Virus record (IMG/VR): IMGVR_UViG_3300011868_000001
Coordinates: 1-64,000 of that record
Reading direction: 5' to 3' (one strand)
Source of the DNA: a virus
Lineage: Duplodnaviria; Caudoviricetes
Length of the DNA: 64,000 nucleotides
Positions 56,953-64,000 of the stretch are shown piece by piece. Each line of letters begins with the position of its first letter. Within the stretch, counting starts at the first letter, position 1. The translations under genes and the position numbers were made by a program. Under the pieces are notes generated by a model. It searched no databases. It saw only the letters and a program-made list of their open reading frames with translations, and was not told the DNA's origin.

Positions 56953-57122
56953 GGCTCCTTTGACTGTTCGATAGTTAGGGGTAGCGGCTGTTTGACAGCC
57001 GCCTCCATCTCCAAGGTTGTCTGGGCAATCATGTAAAGCACCCACAAGGAGATCATGCACAGGACAGCGACCAGGAGCGCGTACCACTGAGGTTCCTGAT
57101 CTGGGGGTTTATTGCTCATTAC

Positions 57123-57506
57123 TCAACTACTTGGATGACTGACCAATTCAAAAGGTAGGGTCACTTCGTCCCCTAGACGACTGCCGACAAAGCCGCGACA
57201 GAACCACACGAGGATGTCACCGGGCTTACCGTCGATGGCATCACGCCAGTTAACACCATGCTGTTCGGTGAGCCAGGTTGTGATTTCACGCCAGTGTTTG
57301 TCGATGATGGGACCGGCTTGTTCCCAGCTGACATCCGGGCGGTAGAATCCTCGGTCCTTGTATACAAGGATGCGATGGCCCGATCCATACACCGGTGGAA
57401 ATACTTCAAACGACTCGCCACGTGCTTGGGCCATGGCGTGTCGCAATAGTGGACCGGACAGATCACTGACCGCAACCTTTACACTCACTGGAATAGGGGC
57501 GTTCAT
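57123..57506 (-). CDS. NinX/DUF2591-like phage protein
   Basis: DLSG..L..A.A.A.G...Y.P...W.QAGPII. Confidence 0.65.
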   Translation of the reverse strand: MNAPIPVSVKVAVSDLSGPLLRHAMAQARGESFEVFPPVYGSGHRILVYKDRGFYRPDVSWEQAGPIIDKHWREITTWLTEQHGVNWRDAIDGKPGDILVWFCRGFVGSRLGDEVTLPFELVSHPSS

Positions 57507-57515
57507 GGACTGGTC

Positions 57516-58187
57516 TCATTCAGTCTTCTGGGTCATGGTGCGTTGTTCGACATACTCGGCCAGTGACTCCATGTACCGAGGGGCATGCAAGTCCCAGAGT
57601 ACCTGTGCCGATGGCGTGTAGAGCTTAGCGCTTTTCATGAACGCGGTCTGTCCAGCGAGCATGTCTTGGTAGCTCACCTCAGCGCCACGAGCGATGGAGA
57701 TTTCGGCTCGCAAACCCTCCATAACGTCTTCGGGAGTGCCAAGGTGCGAGGTGTACAGCAAGTCCGCATCACGCAGGACCTGCTCCATGAGGTTGCGAGG
57801 TTCCTGAGTAAAGGGGAACACTGTGCAACGGATCGCCTGTTCAGCGGCCTCGACTTCCTCGATGGTAGCACCCGCACCAATCAGATCAATGGAGAAATCT
57901 GACAGCGCTTGAACCGCCCTTTCGATATTCTCGGTATCGGGTGCGGTACCTGCACTGTGATTGAAATCGTGGAACAGTGCCGCCATCAACAAGACCACTT
58001 CAGGACGGACGGCGGTGATGGTTGACTCTTTCTTTTCCAGCTCCCATAGTTCTTCACAGATTGCATGGACACCGAGCATGTGAGCGTTGTTATGGTACGG
58101 CGCTTCTGCAGCGGCGTTATGATTGCGCAACGCATTAAACGCCTCCATCATGATGCGGTTGATGGTAACCAACGTATCTAACGTCAT
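57516..58187 (-). CDS. HD-domain phosphohydrolase
   Basis: PYHN..H, AALFHD..H, I..T, DADL. Confidence 0.85.
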   Translation of the reverse strand: MTLDTLVTINRIMMEAFNALRNHNAAAEAPYHNNAHMLGVHAICEELWELEKKESTITAVRPEVVLLMAALFHDFNHSAGTAPDTENIERAVQALSDFSIDLIGAGATIEEVEAAEQAIRCTVFPFTQEPRNLMEQVLRDADLLYTSHLGTPEDVMEGLRAEISIARGAEVSYQDMLAGQTAFMKSAKLYTPSAQVLWDLHAPRYMESLAEYVEQRTMTQKTE

Positions 58188-58203
58188 TGTAGAGTCCTTT
58201 CTT

Positions 58204-58443
58204 TTAAATGGCTGACGGATTACGTGCATGAAAAGAATCGTAAATAGCGTAATCGGCCGCTAACACGTGACGTGGATGATTCTGATTTAAATCCAATGGA
58301 CCACCCACTGTACAACCGGCGGTCCAAAATAGATTGCCATCTGAATCTCGCCCATACTGGACATAGTTTTCAGACCAACCACCATGAATCGGTTTGAAGT
58401 ATTGCCCTATACGGCATCTTCGCGCCGCTGTTTTAAAATCCAT
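58204..58443 (-). CDS. hypothetical protein
   Basis: ATG with AGGAG SD. Confidence 0.6.
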   Translation of the reverse strand: MDFKTAARRCRIGQYFKPIHGGWSENYVQYGRDSDGNLFWTAGCTVGGPLDLNQNHPRHVLAADYAIYDSFHARNPSAI

Positions 58444-58521
58444 GTGACTCCTATCTTGCTTGTTGCCAGTGGGGTGTAGACCAAATGAAGAGGGTGGGTT
58501 TCCCCACCCTCCATGCCAGTG

Positions 58522-58857
58522 TCAGCGGTCGTTTGACCACCTGACCGAGTCTGGGCCGAGTTCAAGGATGTCAGCCCCCAGCCCAACGAACGCGGCGATC
58601 ATGTCCCCGACCATTGCCTTGAACGCTGGGTAATCTGTCGCGGCGAGGCCGTTCTCCGTCATGAGTCGAATGAAGGTTTCATCAGACACGGCGGTCGTGC
58701 GGTAAACCTGATTACACAGACCAGTCGCTAGCGCATCGCGCTGCAGGGCGGACATGGCCGGGTATAATGTTTGTAGACGTAGATTGAACGCCTTCTGTGC
58801 GAACGGCCGTTCAGCCTGCGCGATCTTCTTCGCCAGTTGTACTGATTCAGTTGACAT
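58522..58857 (-). CDS. hypothetical protein
   Basis: AAGGAG SD; follows thyA exon 2. Confidence 0.65.
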   Translation of the reverse strand: MSTESVQLAKKIAQAERPFAQKAFNLRLQTLYPAMSALQRDALATGLCNQVYRTTAVSDETFIRLMTENGLAATDYPAFKAMVGDMIAAFVGLGADILELGPDSVRWSNDR

Positions 58858-58872
58858 GGTGTTTCTCCTTCA

Positions 58873-59169
58873 TCACACCGCCACAGGGGCTTTGATGTGT
58901 GGATGAGCCACGTAATCCACCAGTTCAAAGTCATCGATGGAAAACCCAAAGATGTCCGTGACCGCCTTGTTGAGTTTCATCTTGGGCAGTTCGTGGGGAG
59001 TACGCGACAGTTGTAGATCGGCCTGCTCTACGTGGTTACTGTACAGGTGCGTGTCGCCGCCGGTCCAGATGAATTCACCTAGCGCCATGTTGCAGACCTG
59101 CGCCACCATCATGGTCAGTAACGCATACGACGCGATATTGAACGGCACCCCGAGGAAAATGTCCGCACT
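58873..59169 (-). CDS. thyA: thymidylate synthase exon 2
   Basis: [18 protein letters not shown]...GDTHLYSNH...IKAPVAV. Confidence 0.93.
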   Translation of the reverse strand, partial: SADIFLGVPFNIASYALLTMMVAQVCNMALGEFIWTGGDTHLYSNHVEQADLQLSRTPHELPKMKLNKAVTDIFGFSIDDFELVDYVAHPHIKAPVAV

Positions 59170-59473
59170 CGATCTGCGGAGGTTCAATCAAGTTCGTTAG
59201 ACCTGACCCGTCAAGGTTTCTCATGTCTTGACCGCTGTATGTCTCCATACAGACCAGACTATATCATGACCTCCTTCCTTAGAGGTCCCTCCCATTTCGA
59301 GGTCACTTGACCCCTACTCTACTCGGTTCGCCTGACTCATCAATGAGGCGCCTTTCGTTAGTCGTTGAACGTTCCCCTGTACGGGGCTTCGCTGCTGATT
59401 GTCTCAATGAGATGTCCCAGCAATTAGAGAGGTTATTCGACCAAGGTCACCCTTGGAAGGCGCAGTGGTGTTT
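59170..59473 (-). mobile_element. group I self-splicing intron (304 nt, no ORF) in thyA
   Basis: Exon 1 ends in U, intron ends in G; P AAUUGCUGGGA, Q AAUCAGCAG, R GUUCAACGACUA, S AUGAUAUAGUC; removal restores YQR-SADIFLG in frame. Confidence 0.93.
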
Positions 59474-60394
59474 ACGCTGGTACAGCTGGCACGACAAACG
59501 ACGCTTAGGAACACCCAGCTCATCGAGCTTAGCGTCGATCAGCTTACCCAGCTCTTCACCTCGGATATCATTATCCAGATCACACAGCCACGCCGAGTAT
59601 TCCGTGTAGCAGCCATCCCAACCCGGCTGAATGATCCGCTCACGTTCTTGCCGGGTCAGCGGCACGGTGTAGAATTGGAACATCGAATGGCACGGTGGGA
59701 GGGCTTGTTCCTCGACGACCGCAGGGTTCCAGGCGCTGACGATCATTCGGCGGCTGTCGGGATTGGTCTTCAGCATCTTGATCAGGTTACTGATCTGGTC
59801 GACCGACTCACCGTCGGGCGATGGCCAGCTGCGCCATTGCGAACCATAGACTGGACCGAGTTCACCGGCGATGAGCGTTTTGGTAGAAACACCACGTTCT
59901 TCAGCCCACGCAAATGCCATGGCGTCATAATCAGGATGTGCCCAGTAAATAGTACCTGGGATGTCCGGACCATTCTTGACATGCATGGTTTTGCCTTGGA
60001 TCTTTTCATAGCCTTCCTTATACTCGGAAAGCCAATACGGCTTGACCCACTCGATGAATTCTTCTTGCAGTCCTGCCGCTTTGATACGGGCATTAACCTC
60101 AAGAAGCGTAGCTGGTCGATATTCTTCAGTACCCGGCTTGACCCACTCATCCCAGATCGAGACACCGTGCTCTTTCAGGTAGCGGATGTTGGTCTCACCC
60201 TGAAGGAACCACAGCAGTTCGTGGATGATCGACTTCAGATGGCATTTCTTGGTCGTGACCAGCGGGAATTTACCGTCGCCAAGATCAAATCTCATCTGAT
60301 AACCGAAGACACTGTAAGTGCCAGTGCCAGTACGGTCTTCCTTGTAAACGCCATGTTGACGTACGTGCCTTAGCAGGTCGAGATATTGTTTCAT
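59474..60394 (-). CDS. thyA: thymidylate synthase exon 1
   Basis: [47 protein letters not shown]. Confidence 0.95.
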
Positions 60395-60647
60395 TTCCTT
60401 ACTTCCTCAACGACGTGATATTTAAAGACCAGAGAACGCTAGTTTGCGAGTGGTAGGACTCGTCCGGATGAAACGTACACCGGCTTGGGTGAAACAATTT
60501 TCAACCAGTTCAGCAGGAGTCCAGTTAGAGGTTTCAAATGCTCATGGAAGTAACTCCCTTTAATAGGTGGCCAAAGGCCTTCATATTCCATCCAACCCAT
60601 CAGCCATCTGATAGGTCAGATACGTTCAAAAACACATGGCGACTCGG

Positions 60648-60680
60648 CATAGTGGGGAGGGCCGAAGCCCTCCCCTTATG
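60648..60680 (-). terminator. CATA/TATG-closed stem-loop (UUCG on minus strand)
   Basis: cata-gt-ggggagggc-cgaa-gccctcccc-t-tatg. Confidence 0.8.
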
Positions 60681-60848
60681 TCAGATGAAGCCAATCACCT
60701 GGAAGATGCGCTCGATCATCAGATAGAACGCCCAGGGAAAGAAGAGGATGGTAAACAGCGTCGACCAGAAACCTTTGGCCAACACCACCCCACCGATCCA
60801 GAACACCATGAACATCATGGCTAGATGCGCTTTGACGAGGAGCTTCAT
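60681..60848 (-). CDS. small integral membrane protein (55 aa)
   Basis: MKLLVKAHLAMMFMVFWIGGVVLAKGFWSTLF...; overlap-coupled. Confidence 0.65.
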   Translation of the reverse strand: MKLLVKAHLAMMFMVFWIGGVVLAKGFWSTLFTILFFPWAFYLMIERIFQVIGFI

Positions 60849-61519
60849 ACCGCACTCTCCAGTCGACCATTGGCACCAGCGGCCGTCATGCCCACACTCT
60901 GGAACGTCTTGTCGAACGTCATGGTGGTGTAGAACGCCACGGCGTCCTGCATGTTGGTCACCGAATCGACGCAATGGATCGGCCGAGTGAAGCGCGGGAA
61001 CTCGAACGACGTCAGGTCAAAGCGCTGCTGGACCGTCAGGTTGTTGTATTGGATCGGCACGGCGAGATTCGGCATGCACTTAAGGGCCAGAGCGATACCA
61101 TCATCGTCAGCTTCACCCAGGTCCAGAGTGTCGAGGAAGTACATCTCACGACAGCTCAGGTGATTGACCGCCCGATGCCGTTTCAAGGCCGAGGCGATCT
61201 CAGCAGCCGGCAGCAGCGAGATGAACATGAGGTCACCGGCTTGACCGTACGCATGGTTACGTTCACGTGCCTGCTCAACCTCACCCATGGCGCGGAACAA
61301 CGCATTCCATGCACCGGAAGGACGGATGCGGAACAGACGCGCATTACGCTTCTTGAAGGTGGCATTGATCGCGGCGCTGGGACGCTTGTTGTTATCACCC
61401 AGAATGAAGAACTCCTTCACCTGCCCCTGATTGTTGACCACTGCTTCGGCTTTCTCATAGGAGTCGACAAAGACGATGGCGTGGCTCAGGAGGGTGAGCG
61501 GGTTGGCTTGTTCTTGCAT
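60845..61519 (-). CDS. hypothetical protein
   Basis: ATG 61519 with AAGGGG SD. Confidence 0.65.
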   Translation of the reverse strand: MQEQANPLTLLSHAIVFVDSYEKAEAVVNNQGQVKEFFILGDNNKRPSAAINATFKKRNARLFRIRPSGAWNALFRAMGEVEQARERNHAYGQAGDLMFISLLPAAEIASALKRHRAVNHLSCREMYFLDTLDLGEADDDGIALALKCMPNLAVPIQYNNLTVQQRFDLTSFEFPRFTRPIHCVDSVTNMQDAVAFYTTMTFDKTFQSVGMTAAGANGRLESAV

Positions 61520-61547
61520 TTGTTTCCCCTTAGTGTTGGCGGTAGAT

Positions 61548-61862
61548 TTAGACAGCGTCTGCTGTCTCGAAATGATCCGGGTCGATGCTACACGACAAGG
61601 CGAAGCGTCCCAATAATGAAACGGCTTCGTCGGCGGTAAATGCAGAAGGGGCGACCTCCCGTATCGACAACCGCTGTGTGATCTGCGCCAGGCGCTTCTC
61701 GACATCAGGTTTGAGCATCGGCACATACTTTAACTGTACGGACTTCAGGATACGCCAAATAGGCTTGACCTGCTCCAAAGCGGCGTACGACTTGACCTTC
61801 TCTAGTTCTTGAGTGAAGCCATCTAGCTGTTGGAAGGTTTCGTACCAAATCTCTTCAATCAT
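61548..61862 (-). CDS. hypothetical protein
   Basis: ATG 61862 with GAGGA SD. Confidence 0.6.
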   Translation of the reverse strand: MIEEIWYETFQQLDGFTQELEKVKSYAALEQVKPIWRILKSVQLKYVPMLKPDVEKRLAQITQRLSIREVAPSAFTADEAVSLLGRFALSCSIDPDHFETADAV

Positions 61863-61869
61863 GGGGTCC

Positions 61870-62337
61870 TCACGACCGGGACGCAATGAGCGGTTCGCTC
61901 ACAGGTTGTGCATCGGTATCTGTTGGTTCAGACGCTGCGGGTTGCTGACGAAACTGCGACCCCGGTGGATAGACCACAGGTGGTACCGCAATGACGTTGA
62001 TCTGACCACTCTCGGTCATGGTTTTAACACCCACAGTACCGGCATTGGCCACCACTGCCCGAACAGCATGGTACGGTACGGTCATGATGTGATCGGCCCC
62101 TTCGACTTGAATGGCGACGGTCATCTCCAGATCACCGAACTCCAAGTGTGTGGTAAAGCCAGGCGACACACAGACCACAAAATCACCGTACGTACCGCCT
62201 TGGAAAGTAGCCAGTACCGTATCGCCCAAGACCGCATTGTCGATCAATAGACACGCCCCAACGGTGCGGTCGTTAAAATAGTCAATGGCAGCCTTGATAA
62301 GGTACTTGGCCCAAAGGACATGACTGCTGTGATCCAT
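61870..62337 (-). CDS. divergent SspB-like protein lacking the ClpX-binding tail
   Basis: KYLIKAAIDYF, VVCVSP.....LE........G......VPY.AV.AV pattern matches the SspB core. Confidence 0.5.
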   Translation of the reverse strand: MDHSSHVLWAKYLIKAAIDYFNDRTVGACLLIDNAVLGDTVLATFQGGTYGDFVVCVSPGFTTHLEFGDLEMTVAIQVEGADHIMTVPYHAVRAVVANAGTVGVKTMTESGQINVIAVPPVVYPPGSQFRQQPAASEPTDTDAQPVSEPLIASRS

Positions 62338-62396
62338 AACCAAACCCTCATGTTGTCATGGTCAGTGTATATCATAGGATCACAGCAAGCTGTCTT

Positions 62397-63140
62397 TTAT
62401 TCCCCATCCATGGCGATCTGACCGGTTTCATCATCGAAGGTCAGGTTGACCTTGGTGATATGGTCAGGTTGGTCACGTAGAAACACCTGAGCAGCCAACG
62501 CAAGGTAATCCACACTTCGAGTAGGCTCCCATTCAAAGAGAAAGGGTCGACGGTTGGCTGCCGTGCGATGGGTAGGGGTGTCGTTTATGTTCACCGAGAA
62601 GGCCCGATCAACAACCGGTGTGACTTCTGCCAGCATCTCGACATCGACCCAAGCCGAATCCAAGCCGAATAGCATCTTGACAAGCTGCCCGTAGGCAGGC
62701 TTGAGCAGATCACGACCGAAGACGAACTGTGACGCGTCGATATCATGGAAGATGAGCCAGTCGCCTTCCATGACCGGTTCTTCGTACAACCAGAGTATCA
62801 CATCGTCCTTGAATGAAGGATCAAGTTTGAACTTGAGCACCTCAAAGCATGGAGTCACCTCATCCTTAAACGAAGCGATCCACTCAACTTGAGTGTCCTG
62901 CTTGTTAGCCCCAGCGTGGACACTCAGGCGGCCACGAAAATGTGGCGTCCGAGTGGTCTCCTCATGCAGGACATCTGGGAAGGGAATCCCGGCGGCAGTC
63001 AGTAACCGCACAGCTCGCTGACAGGAAACACTCTGGAACAGTGTCAGGCGCTCGCCCTCAAGCTGTTCCAGCTCCATGTGCAGGTTGATGCCCAGTTCAC
63101 TCAGCAGACGCTCGATCCCCATCAGGGTCTTAAACGCCAT
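62397..63140 (-). CDS. hypothetical protein
   Basis: ATG 63140 with AAGGAG SD. Confidence 0.65.
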   Translation of the reverse strand: MAFKTLMGIERLLSELGINLHMELEQLEGERLTLFQSVSCQRAVRLLTAAGIPFPDVLHEETTRTPHFRGRLSVHAGANKQDTQVEWIASFKDEVTPCFEVLKFKLDPSFKDDVILWLYEEPVMEGDWLIFHDIDASQFVFGRDLLKPAYGQLVKMLFGLDSAWVDVEMLAEVTPVVDRAFSVNINDTPTHRTAANRRPFLFEWEPTRSVDYLALAAQVFLRDQPDHITKVNLTFDDETGQIAMDGE

Positions 63141-63750
63141 CGACAGGCTCCTTCTTGTATTCGATGATGGCTTTGGAAAGGCTATTGAATTCCTTAGCCT
63201 CCTCACTCGCCGTGGCTTGCGTCACACGCCCGTACGTGGTGCCGAGCTGCTTGACCAACTCGTCGACGACAAAGTTGTTCTCGCCCTTGACCTCAACCGC
63301 CCAGACAAATTCACCCTGAAGCACAGCGGGGAATTGGAAATGCTTGGTATCGAGCTCAATGCCGATGTGCGGCTGGTTGAAGATACTGATGACTTTGCCG
63401 ATGATGGTCTTGGCCAACGACATCATCTGTTCGCCTTCATTAGCGATGAAGTCATCAGGCGTGATCACATAGCTCACATAGACCGTAGGAGCGCCCTGGT
63501 TGGCTTCAAAGACGAAGTAGTGACGTACCCCTTCGATAACCGTATACGGCACCACATGGACCGCCAGAGGACGATACAGAGGGGGTTGTTCATCACTGAC
63601 GGTAAAGCAATCAAGCTCTTGACCATTGTCCTTGAGTTCGTCCATGAGTAGGTTGTCCAGTGCATAGCGACCAGACGTGTTTTCAGTAAACGCTACGCTG
63701 TCCAGAAGATCAGCCATCTTCTTAACGTTTAGTACATAGAGCTTTTTCAT
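63130..63750 (-). CDS. hypothetical protein
   Basis: Overlap-coupled ORF. Confidence 0.65.
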   Translation of the reverse strand: MKKLYVLNVKKMADLLDSVAFTENTSGRYALDNLLMDELKDNGQELDCFTVSDEQPPLYRPLAVHVVPYTVIEGVRHYFVFEANQGAPTVYVSYVITPDDFIANEGEQMMSLAKTIIGKVISIFNQPHIGIELDTKHFQFPAVLQGEFVWAVEVKGENNFVVDELVKQLGTTYGRVTQATASEEAKEFNSLSKAIIEYKKEPVDGV

Positions 63751-64000
63751 ACCTTGCCCTTCCTCGATTGAATGCTTCTTAGGCGATTAATTTGCTCGAC
63801 ATGCCCCTTGATAGCACGCACATCTGCATGCTCCTCCAGCGGTATATCGTCGTTTTTAACGAAGTAATTGGTGCCAGGATAACGCTTCATCCCGGCGGTG
63901 TCCTTACTACATTGCATCTCGATGATTCGCGGGACACCTGAGAAACCGAAATGGGGGAAGAGCACGACTTTACCGAGAAAGTAGCCTTTATCGTATTCTT
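63747..64000 (-). CDS. hypothetical protein, probably starting beyond the window end
   Basis: Stop overlaps start of next gene; true start not visible. Confidence 0.45.
   Translation of the reverse strand, partial: EYDKGYFLGKVVLFPHFGFSGVPRIIEMQCSKDTAGMKRYPGTNYFVKNDDIPLEEHADVRAIKGHVEQINRLRSIQSRKGKV

Noticed and set aside
58873-60394. thyA as a frameshifted pseudogene or two separate genes
   Set aside because: A complete group I intron core explains the break and splicing restores the frame exactly.
60400-60545. Possible frameshifted small gene upstream of thyA (SD plus ATG AGC ATT TGA, with an open +1 frame ETSNWTPAELVENCF...)
   Set aside because: Too short and without recognisable homology to distinguish a pseudogene, sequencing error or chance.
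56-63651. Many long ORFs antisense to real genes (e.g. 2131-3153, 8058-9779, 12331-13389, 26459-27667, 32250-33356, 59453-60373)
   Set aside because: Shadow frames produced by codon bias of the opposite-strand genes; no motifs or ribosome-binding sites.

Overview
64 kb of a large lytic tailed-phage genome, most consistent with a phiKZ-related jumbo phage of a gammaproteobacterial host (probably Pseudomonas; inferred from gene content, S-x-E protease-site-rich head proteins and TATG-type promoter motifs, not from a database search). It carries nucleotide-metabolism and replication genes (DHH phosphoesterase, dcd, nrdA, nrdB, folA, NAD-dependent ligase, thyA split by a 304-nt ORF-less group I intron, SNF2-like helicase), two tail-fibre/virion regions (about 5.9-11 kb and 36.8-51.9 kb), a spanin pair and many small minus-strand hypothetical genes. 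Best candidate for a new system: a hairpin-bounded, tightly packed and partly translationally coupled cassette (43083-47019) in which a tail-fibre tip/adhesin-like gene is followed by a cupin-like protein, two membrane fatty-acid desaturases and a stand-alone NRPS condensation-type (HxxxDG) acyltransferase. Other highlights: two long hairpin-dense intergenic regions that look like ncRNA genes (about 11.47-11.91 kb and 24.10-24.96 kb), five WRP(V/L)LEL-ending paralogs with swappable N-terminal anchors and a shared 21-24 bp DNA box, two SspB-like ClpXP adaptors, an AlgP/H1-like protein, and a family of CATA...TATG-closed hairpins. All protein calls are by motif recognition only. No tRNA, rRNA or CRISPR array was seen.
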